The notes under the pieces: model-generated | The model's input: the letters and a program-made list of their open reading frames with translations, nothing else | What the model was told of the DNA's origin: nothing | The model's database searches: none | Shown here: piece after piece, positions 29,925 through 40,243 of the stretch | Layout: each line of letters opens with the position of its first letter | How positions within the stretch are numbered: the first letter of the stretch is position 1 | Position numbers and translations under genes: made by a program | Assembly: GCA_002402465.1 (NCBI GenBank) | Contig: DHFW01000004.1 | Location: forward strand, 19,772 to 83,771 | Source: Bacteroidales bacterium UBA4814 | GTDB lineage: Bacteria > Bacteroidota > Bacteroidia > Bacteroidales > UBA7960 | Direction of reading: 5' to 3' | DNA: 64,000 bases

Positions 29925-31646
29925 ATGAAACCCATTATATACCAGCTTCTCGTGAGGCTCACCGGCAACCGGAACACCAGCCAAAAGCCATATGGCACCA
30001 TTGAAGAGAATGGATGCGGTAAGTTCAACGACCTTGATGCACATTTTCTAAGTGAAATAAAAAACCTTGGTGCCACCCACATTTGGCTTACCGGAGTACT
30101 GGAACATGCAAGCTGCACCGATTATTCAGCCTTTGGCATTGATCCTGACAACCCGCTGGTAGTTAAGGGGCGGGCCGGCTCGCCCTATGCCATTAAGGAT
30201 TACTATGATGTCTGTCCCGATCTGGCCATAATTGTAAATGAAAGAATGCAGGAGTTTGAAGACTTGCTGAAACGTTGCAGTGATGCCGGTTTGATTCCCA
30301 TTATCGATTTTGTGCCTAACCATGTGGCCCGGCAATACCGGCCCGACAACAACCCGCCAGGCACCAAAGCGCTTGGACAGGCCGACAATACAGAATTTGG
30401 CTTTCACCCTCAGAACAACTTTTATTATCTTCCAGGGCAGGCGCTCCAGCTACCAAATGAAGTATATGAATTGCCTTACGTGAAAGACAACCCAGTGGGA
30501 GAATTCGTGGAAGAACCTGCAAAAGCAACGGGTAACGATCAGTTTACAGCCGCACCCTCGATAAACGACTGGTATGAAACCATTAAACTCAATTACGGGG
30601 TGGATTACCAGGGCGGAGGAGGGAAACATTTCGACCCGATACCCGACACCTGGCAAAAAATGCTCGAGATATTGCTATTCTGGGCAAAAAAAGGGGTGAA
30701 AGGCTTTAGATGCGACATGGCTGAAATGGTGCCCGTGGAATTCTGGGAATGGGCCATTGGAAAGCTAAAAAACAAGTTCCCGGAAGTTATTTTCCTTGCC
30801 GAGATTTACAATCCAGGGGCTTACAAAGATTTCGTAGAAACAGGCGGTTTTGACTTTCTTTACGACAAGGTGGGCTTGTATGATACTTTACGCGAAGTAA
30901 TAACCGGGCGAAAGCCTGCTTCATCCATCACCAGGGTTTGGCAAGACCTGGATGGTATGGATGCCCGCATGTTGCGGTTTCTCGAAAACCATGATGAGCA
31001 ACGTATTGCTTCACTACAATTTGCAGGCAATGCCCGGGCAGGGATTCCAGCTATGGCGGTGGCTGCCACCCTGCATCAGGGTCCGCTCATGATCTATTTC
31101 GGGCAAGAACTTGGAGAGCCCGCAGAAGGGGCCTCGGGATTCAGCGGCGAGGATGGCCGCACCACTATTTTCGATTATTTCCATGTGCCCGCTTTTCAGC
31201 AGTGGTTTAATAACGGAAAATGCATTGAAGAAAAACTGTCGACAGAGCAAAAATCATTGCGCCGGGCTTACAAGCAACTCATAAAACTCTGCAAAGACCC
31301 CATTATTGCAAGTGGCAATTTTTATGACCTGCAATGGTACAACCAAAACAAACCAGGATTCAAACCGGATAGCATCTTTTGTTACTTAAGATGGAACAAA
31401 GAAAAAATATGGATGATTGCGGCTAATTTCAGCCAGGTTGAAAACCTTAACATTACCATCAGAATTCCCAAACATTTTTTTGAAACCGTCGAACTGGCTG
31501 ACAACCAGGATTACGTTACCCTAATGATTCATCCCGAATCAGAAAGTCCTGGAAGGCTAAGCCAGGAGAAGTTAATTGAAAATGGAATTACCATAAATAT
31601 CGAATCAAACAACTATCTGGTTATTTGCCTGAGACCCTCAAAATAG
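29925..31646 (+). CDS. GH13 alpha-amylase family glycoside hydrolase
   Basis: GSPYAIKDYY, DFVPNHVAR, GFRCDMAEMV, AEIY and FLENHDEQR conserved GH13 regions. Confidence 0.9.
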   Translation: MKPIIYQLLVRLTGNRNTSQKPYGTIEENGCGKFNDLDAHFLSEIKNLGATHIWLTGVLEHASCTDYSAFGIDPDNPLVVKGRAGSPYAIKDYYDVCPDLAIIVNERMQEFEDLLKRCSDAGLIPIIDFVPNHVARQYRPDNNPPGTKALGQADNTEFGFHPQNNFYYLPGQALQLPNEVYELPYVKDNPVGEFVEEPAKATGNDQFTAAPSINDWYETIKLNYGVDYQGGGGKHFDPIPDTWQKMLEILLFWAKKGVKGFRCDMAEMVPVEFWEWAIGKLKNKFPEVIFLAEIYNPGAYKDFVETGGFDFLYDKVGLYDTLREVITGRKPASSITRVWQDLDGMDARMLRFLENHDEQRIASLQFAGNARAGIPAMAVAATLHQGPLMIYFGQELGEPAEGASGFSGEDGRTTIFDYFHVPAFQQWFNNGKCIEEKLSTEQKSLRRAYKQLIKLCKDPIIASGNFYDLQWYNQNKPGFKPDSIFCYLRWNKEKIWMIAANFSQVENLNITIRIPKHFFETVELADNQDYVTLMIHPESESPGRLSQEKLIENGITINIESNNYLVICLRPSK

Positions 31647-31885
31647 TGATTAAAAATGGTCATGAAGCAACTTTTAAATTACTATTTTTATTTATGCAAT
31701 CTATTGACATAAAGTATGTTCGCAGATAATCGATATTATTGAAATGAAAAAACGGCCTAAATTTTGTTATTTGCAATTAACTAAAAAATAATGGTTGATT
31801 TTTTCCAATTATTTTTATTTTTGTCTGCTTTTTTAAACCAAAACCCAATTTTCCAATGATTTTTTTTCATTCAAAAACCAACAAA

Positions 31886-32428
31886 ATGACCCGGACTTTA
31901 CTGGCAGCTTTGCTGTTTGCCTTTATTATGGTGGCTTCTCCGGCCCTGAGCTATGGGCAGGAACAGGAAACAGAAGAACCCAAAAAAGAATTTCGCTTTG
32001 CGGATGAAGACCTCTTGAAGTTTTACGATGCCAATCAGGAGTTAAGTGTGCTTCAGCGCGAAACTAACGAGCGCATTGCGGCTGTTATCGAAGAAAACGG
32101 TATTACCATGGAACGTTTTAACCAGATTGCACGTGCCTCTGAGATGGGTGCACTTCAGGGAGGTCTTTTTTCGGAAGAAGAAATTGCCGCCTTTAATACT
32201 GTTGCACCAGCAATCACTGCCATTCAGCGCGATATGCAATCAATGCTTCAGGCTACCCTGATGGAGAAGGGCCTGACCACTGAGTACTACCAGGAGATCA
32301 TGGCCGAGTTCCGTTCCGATCAAGAGCTTCAGGGTCATGTGCGCGAATTGTTGCGAGAAAGGGCACGGCAGGCTGCACGAGAGGCACGCCAGCGCGAACG
32401 CGAAGAACAGGAACAAAACAATCAGTAA
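31886..32428 (+). CDS. Exported helical protein, DUF4168-like
   Basis: Signal peptide ending SYG-Q; duplicated motifs IEENGITMERFNQI and LMEKGLTTEYYQEI resemble DUF4168. Confidence 0.6.
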   Translation: MTRTLLAALLFAFIMVASPALSYGQEQETEEPKKEFRFADEDLLKFYDANQELSVLQRETNERIAAVIEENGITMERFNQIARASEMGALQGGLFSEEEIAAFNTVAPAITAIQRDMQSMLQATLMEKGLTTEYYQEIMAEFRSDQELQGHVRELLRERARQAAREARQREREEQEQNNQ

Positions 32429-32432
32429 ATAA

Positions 32433-32457
32433 GAGCCGGGTACTGCCCGGTTTTTTT
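32433..32457. terminator. Intrinsic terminator between convergent genes
   Basis: CCGGG-TACTG-CCCGG followed by T7. Confidence 0.65.
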
Positions 32458-33754
32458 ATACCACCTCGGCCACCACGAAGGTGCTGCCCCCCACAAAGAT
32501 CAAGTCGCGGGCCGAGGCACGGCCTTTGGCAGCTTGCAAGGCCATTTTAACTGATGTAAAAGTTTCTCCATAAAGGCCATGCTCCAGAGCCTTTGCACCA
32601 AGTTTTTGCGCATCGAGCCCGCGTGGAACATCAGGCTTGCAGAAATAGTATTGTGCTGTTTGCGGGAAAAGCGACAAAACACCAGTAATATCCTTATCGT
32701 CGACCATACCCAGTACGATATGCAATTTTTCAAAATTCAGCTTGCTGAGCTGTTTTATCACCTGCTGCAGTCCATCTGCATTGTGGCCGGTATCAACAAT
32801 GATGCGAGGCCTTTTCCCAATTTGTAACCAACGACCTTTAAACCCGGTATTTTGCTGAACCCGGCAGAGGCCTTCGCGTAAAGCATTATCTGAAACACTG
32901 ACCCCACCGCCACGATTTAGCAATTCAACGGCAGTAAGAACGGCAGCCAGGTTTTCCTCCTGATAAGAACCCATGAGGTCGGTGGCAAGGGTTTTCCTTT
33001 CCCCTGAAGGGCTTTTAAATGTAATGTACTGCAGCGGTTGTCCTTGATATTCTTTTATTTCCGCAAAAGCGGTCTCGAAATAATCCTTTGCCAGGAAAAG
33101 CGGTGCATTTTTCCCTGCTGCCACTTCTTCAAACACATGATGAATTTCGGGCTGGTATTTTCCGATCACTACCGGCACACCTTCTTTAATGACACCTGCC
33201 TTTTCGGCGGCGATCTTCGGCAGAGTATCGCCCAGCAGGTTCATGTGGTCCAGGCCGATGTTGGTAATAATACAAATTTCGGGCGAAACAATGTTGGTTG
33301 AGTCGAGCCGGCCGCCCAGCCCGGTTTCGATCACCGCAATTTCGACCTGTTGCCGGGCAAAATAATCGAAAGTGAGGGCAATGGTTATTTCGAAAAAGGA
33401 AGGGTTTAGCCGCTCAAAGAATGAACGGTGCTGACCAATGAAAGAGGCCACCTCGCGTTTGGGTATCATTTGCCCATTAATGCGAATGCGCTCACGAAAG
33501 TCTTTCAGGTGAGGCGAGGTGGCCAACCCGGTTTTATAGCCCTGCTGCTGCAGCACCGATGCCAGCATATTGGCAACAGAACCTTTACCATTGGTACCTG
33601 CTATGTGAATGCTGCGGAATTTGGTTTCGGGCTTTCCCAGATGCTGACTCAGCGCAAGGGTATTATCGAGGTTGGCTTTGTATGCGGCAGGCCCAATGCG
33701 GTGAAACATGGGTAACTGGCTAAACAGATACTCCAAGGTTTCCTGGTAATTCAT
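32456..33754 (-). CDS. folC: Folylpolyglutamate synthase/dihydrofolate synthase
   Basis: HIAGTNGKGS, SPHLKDFRERI, ETGLGGRLDSTN, DTGHN and GGSTFVVAEV motifs. Confidence 0.95.
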   Translation of the reverse strand: MNYQETLEYLFSQLPMFHRIGPAAYKANLDNTLALSQHLGKPETKFRSIHIAGTNGKGSVANMLASVLQQQGYKTGLATSPHLKDFRERIRINGQMIPKREVASFIGQHRSFFERLNPSFFEITIALTFDYFARQQVEIAVIETGLGGRLDSTNIVSPEICIITNIGLDHMNLLGDTLPKIAAEKAGVIKEGVPVVIGKYQPEIHHVFEEVAAGKNAPLFLAKDYFETAFAEIKEYQGQPLQYITFKSPSGERKTLATDLMGSYQEENLAAVLTAVELLNRGGGVSVSDNALREGLCRVQQNTGFKGRWLQIGKRPRIIVDTGHNADGLQQVIKQLSKLNFEKLHIVLGMVDDKDITGVLSLFPQTAQYYFCKPDVPRGLDAQKLGAKALEHGLYGETFTSVKMALQAAKGRASARDLIFVGGSTFVVAEVV

Positions 33755-33757
33755 TGT

Positions 33758-34537
33758 TTAGTTCTGTCGGATAAAGTTGTAGGTAATAGTACCTGTCTGT
33801 TCTTCAGGAGCATCGAGCTGCACATCGAAGCGGGCCCTGCGTGCGGCATCTTCTGCCAGTCGCCACAAGGTAGGGTCTGTAGTTGTAGTACCTCGCGCAC
33901 CAGCCGTAGCGCGGGTAACCCTTCCCTGGCGGTCAACGGTGATGGAAACCACCACCCTGCCCTGCGCTTGTGAATCGTAAGTGGGCACTGGCAGCTGGTT
34001 GGGCCTACGGCCGGTGAGGGTGTAGCTTATGCCACCCGATCCAATGCCATCGCCACTGCCACCGGGCGCACCCGTGGGGCTGCCTTGCGAGCCAGGCTGA
34101 CCGGTGGTGCCCTGCGACTGACTTGTGGTGCTGCGTTCGTCGGCGCCCGGGAAAAGTGCCCTGGGGTCAACTGTTGGCCGAGGCTCTTCTGGCGGAGGCT
34201 GCTGAGTGGGCTGTTGTTGGGTGGGAGTTGGCTGCTGAGGCCTTGGCCTTGGTGTAGTCTGCGGAATGGCAACAGCCTCTTCCGTGCTTTGGGTAACCAC
34301 TTCTTCCTGAACCGGAACGGGCTGAGAAGGCGTGGGAACCGGAGGCGAGGCACTTAAAGGAATAAATTCGCCTGTACCCTGGTTGGTATACCCCAGGGCA
34401 ACCAGCACCCCCTCTTCTTCGGGAAGCGGAAGGGGTGTCCTCAGTCCTAAGAAAAGGAAAAGCAACAGCAACACGACATGAAAAACGATCGTGCCGATAA
34501 GCGCCCATTGATTATCCTTCCTGGTGATTTCGTCCAT
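33758..34537 (-). CDS. TonB/TolA-like energy transducer
   Basis: Single N-terminal TM with His (TIVFHVVLL), Pro/Gln-rich linker and C-terminal GRVVVSITVDRQG...GTITYNF; follows exbD. Confidence 0.8.
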   Translation of the reverse strand: MDEITRKDNQWALIGTIVFHVVLLLLFLFLGLRTPLPLPEEEGVLVALGYTNQGTGEFIPLSASPPVPTPSQPVPVQEEVVTQSTEEAVAIPQTTPRPRPQQPTPTQQQPTQQPPPEEPRPTVDPRALFPGADERSTTSQSQGTTGQPGSQGSPTGAPGGSGDGIGSGGISYTLTGRRPNQLPVPTYDSQAQGRVVVSITVDRQGRVTRATAGARGTTTTDPTLWRLAEDAARRARFDVQLDAPEEQTGTITYNFIRQN

Positions 34538-34538
34538 C

Positions 34539-34952
34539 TTATCGCGTTGGTTGCGTTGCAAGAATTACTTTGTGACGGGTTTGATTCATGTTGTTGATGT
34601 TGTTTACCACATCAATCACATTGACAATATATTGCACCGGCACACTCTGATCGGCACGGAGCACCACGGAGCCTTCTTGTTCGTTGGCCAGAAACTGCAG
34701 CAGCCCTGAGTGCAGCCCGTCAATATCGACAGGTGTTTCTTCAAGAAACAGATTGAAGTCTTCGTTAAGATAAACCGTAACGGTTTGCTTAGCCATGGTG
34801 CGGCTTTCGCTCGAGGGAAGCAACAGCTTGATGGCGTTTGGTGCAATGAGCGTGGAGGTGAGCATGAAGAAGATAAGCAGCAGAAACACCAGGTCGGACA
34901 TGGAAGCCATGTTGAACTGAAGGCTGCGTGTATTTCGCATTTTTATGGCCAT
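34539..34952 (-). CDS. exbD: Biopolymer transporter ExbD/TolR
   Basis: SMSDLVFLLLIFFMLTS and LRAD motifs. Confidence 0.9.
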   Translation of the reverse strand: MAIKMRNTRSLQFNMASMSDLVFLLLIFFMLTSTLIAPNAIKLLLPSSESRTMAKQTVTVYLNEDFNLFLEETPVDIDGLHSGLLQFLANEQEGSVVLRADQSVPVQYIVNVIDVVNNINNMNQTRHKVILATQPTR

Positions 34953-34963
34953 AGCAATAGGCT

Positions 34964-35671
34964 TTAGGAGGCAGGTTCGTGCAAAAGGTCCATAAACTCG
35001 GTGGCACGCGCCTCGAGCATGAACACCACTTTTTCGATACGGGCCACCAGGATGTTGTAGCAGATGTATCCGATAATACCCACGGCCAAACCTGTTACGG
35101 TGGTAACCATGGCTTCGTAAATACCCCCTGCCAGCAGGCTGATGTCGATGTTATTTCCGGCCATTGACATATTATAGAAGGCGCGTATCATGCCAATTAC
35201 TGTGCCAAGGAAACCCAGCATGGGGGCTGCGCCCGAAACGGTAGCCAGCACGGCAATATTTTTTTCGAGTTTTGAAATCTCGAGCTTGCCAACATTTTCG
35301 ATGGCAGCATTAATGTCGTTGAGCGGCCGGCCAATGCGTACCAAGCCTTTGGCAATCATGCGGGCAATGGGCGACTGGTTATTTTTGCAAAGGGACTTGG
35401 CCGAGTCAATGCGTCCATCATGAATAAAATCGCGGATATTGTTCATGAAATTGGTTTCTTCTTTCGAAGCCCTGCTGATAGCCAGGTAACGTTCGATGAA
35501 AATGTAAATAGCCACAATCGACAAAATGGCCAGCGGTATCATTACAATCCCTCCCTTAAGGGCCAGGCTCCAAATAGTTATGGTTTCGTGCGAGGGCATG
35601 GGAGTTTGCGCCAAAGTGTCGGCCACCTGGGTGGTGCCCATTTGAACCTGCAGTAAAATGTGGTTTAACAT
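34964..35671 (-). CDS. exbB: MotA/TolQ/ExbB proton channel protein
   Basis: APMLGFLGTVIGM and GIYEAMVTTVTGL motifs; TATTTTTG -7 element at 35732-35739 (minus strand). Confidence 0.9.
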   Translation of the reverse strand: MLNHILLQVQMGTTQVADTLAQTPMPSHETITIWSLALKGGIVMIPLAILSIVAIYIFIERYLAISRASKEETNFMNNIRDFIHDGRIDSAKSLCKNNQSPIARMIAKGLVRIGRPLNDINAAIENVGKLEISKLEKNIAVLATVSGAAPMLGFLGTVIGMIRAFYNMSMAGNNIDISLLAGGIYEAMVTTVTGLAVGIIGYICYNILVARIEKVVFMLEARATEFMDLLHEPAS

Positions 35672-35873
35672 CGGGTAATTTTTTGGTTTTAGTTAGATAA
35701 CTTAAGGGTACCTGTTTTATTTTGTATGGTGCAAAAATAATAATGTTTAGGCTTCATTATACTTTTAGCGTTAACCACTTTTTTGCAAAAAGCAATGTTA
35801 AGCCAATGTAAAATTATTCTTTAGCGCAAAAATGACAACGAATTTTAGTAATTTTACGCCTTCAAAATTTTAA

Positions 35874-36890
<1,017 letters not shown>

Positions 36891-36911
36891 GCAAAATTTC
36901 TCCAAATAATT

Positions 36912-36949
36912 AAAGAGGTGCTTCCCCCGGGGAGCACCTCTTTTTTTTT
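36912..36949 (+). terminator. Strong intrinsic terminator after gap
   Basis: AAAGAGGTGCTTCC...GGAGCACCTC followed by T9. Confidence 0.85.
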
Positions 36950-37061
36950 GCAACACAGGCCATATATCTATGCAAATTCAGTGAATTACTTATTCAGAGA
37001 ATTTAAAATTGTTGTAATATTGAAAAATCAACTTTTACCGACCAACTCATCAAAAAACCCA

Positions 37062-38105
37062 ATGAAAACACGATTTTCGTTAACTTTTGTGGCCAGCCTG
37101 CTGATTCTTTTCACGGCTACGGCCCAGACCAGCATTACCGTGCAAAGCGGCGATCAAGTTTCATTCCACACTACCCTTTCGGCAGCAGTTGCGGCTGCCC
37201 AGGATGGCGAGGCTATTTATCTTCCCGGCGGAAGCTATAACATTGGCAACATTACAATTGACAAGTCACTAACCATTGCAGGCGTGGGGCATTATGAGGA
37301 TTTTTCACAAGCTACCGGCATAACCTACCTGCATGGCAACATCAACTTGGTGCAAGGAGCCGACAATAGCCAACTCACCGGGTTTTACCTAACGGGAGAA
37401 ATCAGGCTGGGCACCTCGATCGAAAACCAGCAGGTCAACCACGTAAATATTTCCAGATGTAATGTAAACGACATTTGGCTCAGCCATGATTACCTGGCAA
37501 ATTCCACCACCACCTCCCAAACCATCAACATTACCGAAAACGTGATCAGGGGACAACTTGGAGGAGGTTTTGCCCAGTATGTAGTTGTTTCGAAAAATTT
37601 TATAGGCGACCGTGCCATCCACTTTAACGGAAACATTATTTTTAATAACAACATTTTTCTAAAAGATGCTCCATACTACAATCAGGTGTTGATAAACATA
37701 CAGGCAGCTTTGTTCAATAATAATATCTTTCTTTCAACCAACCATGTAATTGGATCCGATGTGAGCAGTTCTGGCTTTTTCAATAATATTTTTGTCAGCA
37801 ATTTCGAAATACCTGTTTATTCTTACGGTTCAGGAAATTTCACCAATATAACCCAGTCAAGTATTTTTCAGAATCAAACCGGTTATTCCTTTAGCTACGA
37901 GCACGACTACCACCTGAAAGCCGAATCGGTTGGAATTGGAGCCGGCAATGATGGCTTCGACGTTGGGATTTATGGCACAAGTATCCCCTACAAGGAAGGA
38001 GCTGTTCCATTTCTACCACATATTACCACCCAGTCGGTTTCGCCCGAAACCAACAACCAGGGCCAGATAGAGGTGAACATCAATGTAGAAGCACAACCCA
38101 GGTAA
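37062..38105 (+). CDS. Secreted right-handed beta-helix protein, paralog 1 (347 aa)
   Basis: Signal peptide ...ATA-Q; AAVAAAQDGEAIYLPGGSY cap; Asn/Ile ladder repeats (ITENVI, FNNNIF); DYHL..GIYG..YKEGAVPF..EAQPR tail. Confidence 0.75.
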   Translation: MKTRFSLTFVASLLILFTATAQTSITVQSGDQVSFHTTLSAAVAAAQDGEAIYLPGGSYNIGNITIDKSLTIAGVGHYEDFSQATGITYLHGNINLVQGADNSQLTGFYLTGEIRLGTSIENQQVNHVNISRCNVNDIWLSHDYLANSTTTSQTINITENVIRGQLGGGFAQYVVVSKNFIGDRAIHFNGNIIFNNNIFLKDAPYYNQVLINIQAALFNNNIFLSTNHVIGSDVSSSGFFNNIFVSNFEIPVYSYGSGNFTNITQSSIFQNQTGYSFSYEHDYHLKAESVGIGAGNDGFDVGIYGTSIPYKEGAVPFLPHITTQSVSPETNNQGQIEVNINVEAQPR

Positions 38106-38135
38106 TAAATTTTTCAAAACCAAAAAAATTATTTC

Positions 38136-39179
38136 ATGAAAAAATTATTTTTTTTGCTGGCCATTTCAGTGCTTTCATATTCCAATGGTTTTGGCCAGAA
38201 AACCATTGCAGTACAAAGCAATGGCACGGCCACTTTTCACACCGACTGGGCTTCGGCCTGGGCAGCCACACAAGCCGGCGATACCATTTATTTGCCCGGC
38301 GGTACTTTCAACATTGGGTATTTCACGATTGACAAAACGGTGGCCATCATTGGAGTGGGTCACGATCCGACTCAGACACACGATGGTTTGTTTTCGCACC
38401 TAAACGGATACCTTTATTTTGCCCAGGGATCAGACCATACTTTACTGCATGGATTTCAGGTTGGTAGTTTATATTTTTATTCCAGCTATCAGAATCAAAA
38501 TATCATGAATATTACCGTATCCAGATGCAGAATAACGGGAAGTATTGACATGGGATATACAAACCCCTCTCCTGTTCAGCAAGTCCTGATAACTGAAAGT
38601 GTTTTGGGCAACATTAATGGCTATAATGCCCAAAATGTTCAATTGAACAAAAACATCATTGACGGTTCCGTCCAACAATTTAACGGCACTGCAATTTTTT
38701 CAAACAACATTTTCTCATTTGGCTATTATTCGAATTGGAATTGGAACCTCCCAATTCGAAATATAAAAAACTGCCTTTTGCAAAACAATATTTTCAGGGT
38801 TGATAATAATCCATTGGACGGAAATTGCCAAAACAATCTATTACAAAACAATATTTTTTTCAGCAACTTCACCCCAAATCCCCAAACCGACGAAAACATC
38901 TGGCAAAACAATTTTTTCAACCAGGCATTTGCCAACGTTTTCGTCAATTACACTGGGGGCGCATTCAGTCCTAATTTCGACTACCACCTTTTGCCCTCAT
39001 CTGTTGGCATTAATTCGGGATCAGATGGGTTTGACATAGGTATTTACGGCACAGCTGTTCCCTATAAAGAAGGTGCCGTGCCTTTTAACCCGAAAGTTGT
39101 TTTTGAACAGGTTTCAAACCAAACGGATGAAAACGGCAACATCAGCATTGAAATACAAACAGAAGCCCAACCCAGATAA
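38136..39179 (+). CDS. Secreted right-handed beta-helix protein, paralog 2 (347 aa)
   Basis: Signal peptide ...GFG-Q; AATQAGDTIYLPGGTF; LQNNIF repeats; GIYGTAVPYKEGAVPFNP...EAQPR tail. Confidence 0.75.
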   Translation: MKKLFFLLAISVLSYSNGFGQKTIAVQSNGTATFHTDWASAWAATQAGDTIYLPGGTFNIGYFTIDKTVAIIGVGHDPTQTHDGLFSHLNGYLYFAQGSDHTLLHGFQVGSLYFYSSYQNQNIMNITVSRCRITGSIDMGYTNPSPVQQVLITESVLGNINGYNAQNVQLNKNIIDGSVQQFNGTAIFSNNIFSFGYYSNWNWNLPIRNIKNCLLQNNIFRVDNNPLDGNCQNNLLQNNIFFSNFTPNPQTDENIWQNNFFNQAFANVFVNYTGGAFSPNFDYHLLPSSVGINSGSDGFDIGIYGTAVPYKEGAVPFNPKVVFEQVSNQTDENGNISIEIQTEAQPR

Positions 39180-39209
39180 ACCAAACCACAACCTTCCAAA
39201 CATTTTTCT

Positions 39210-40232
39210 ATGAAAACTTTTTCAAACATCACCTTAGCAGTTATTCTTACTGCGGCTTCCATTTCAGTATCCGCACAGACTCGTTTTGTTATTCAAAATG
39301 GAGAAAATTCTCAGGTATTCGGCACTTTCGCGGCTGCATTGGCTGCCACGCAAGCCGGTGACACCCTGTATTTGCCAGCTGGCACCTTCAGCATTGGCAC
39401 CATTTACATTGATCACAAACTTACTCTGTTAGGCGTGGGGCATTATCCCGAATATACAGCAGCTGCCGGCATAACCTGGCTTAATGGCTCCATTTACCTG
39501 AGAACCGGAGCAGACTACAGCTTGTTGCAAGGGTTCTACCTTACCGGAGATATTCGGCTTGGCACTAACGCTGCAACCCAGAACGTCAGCAACATCACAA
39601 TAAGCCGTTGCAATGTGGGCAATATTCAGCTATATGCTTCAGTACCAGCAACGGCGGAGCAAATATTGATTTCAGAAAACGTAATCAGGGGAGACATTGC
39701 CGGAGGAAACGCCCAAAACGTACTCATTGAGAAAAACCTCTTAAACAACATACACAGCTTTAACAACAATGTTCTAATTACCAACAACATCGTTTTCAAA
39801 CCCACCGGTGACACTTTTCAAAGTCTCTTTTCCTGCCTTATACAGAACAATATAATACTGCATAATGGAAGCTACTTTTTATGGAACAGCCATTCCAATG
39901 TTTTTCTGAATAATCTTTTTGTAAGCAATTTCTCTGTTCCATCCACCAGCTCAGGTTCTGGAAACATTGTGAATCAGCCTCTCGTCACTATTTTTGAAAA
40001 CTTCACCGGAACCACCTTCGGGTATGAATTCGACTTCCACCTTCAGGAAACCAGCCCCGGAAAGAATGCCGCCACAGATGGCAACGATATAGGAATCTAC
40101 GGCACCGTGATTCCTTATAAAGAGGGTGCTGTTCCGTTTAATCCGAACATAACCTTCCAGCAGATTTCGACCATTACCAACGAGGAAGGGAATATTGAAG
40201 TAGAAGTGAATGTTTCGGCCCAGGAACGCTAA
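39210..40232 (+). CDS. Secreted right-handed beta-helix protein, paralog 3 (340 aa)
   Basis: Signal peptide ...VSA-Q; AATQAGDTLYLPAGTF; NNI repeats; GIYGTVIPYKEGAVPFNP...SAQER tail. Confidence 0.75.
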   Translation: MKTFSNITLAVILTAASISVSAQTRFVIQNGENSQVFGTFAAALAATQAGDTLYLPAGTFSIGTIYIDHKLTLLGVGHYPEYTAAAGITWLNGSIYLRTGADYSLLQGFYLTGDIRLGTNAATQNVSNITISRCNVGNIQLYASVPATAEQILISENVIRGDIAGGNAQNVLIEKNLLNNIHSFNNNVLITNNIVFKPTGDTFQSLFSCLIQNNIILHNGSYFLWNSHSNVFLNNLFVSNFSVPSTSSGSGNIVNQPLVTIFENFTGTTFGYEFDFHLQETSPGKNAATDGNDIGIYGTVIPYKEGAVPFNPNITFQQISTITNEEGNIEVEVNVSAQER

Positions 40233-40243
40233 AATCACTGGCT

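Noticed and set aside
36918-37061. ORF-track N-terminal extension of beta-helix paralog 1 (similar extensions on porU, murF, tamL, the kinase and the M1 peptidase)
   Set aside because: The extensions run through terminators, promoters or neighbouring genes; downstream starts give proper signal peptides or domain starts.
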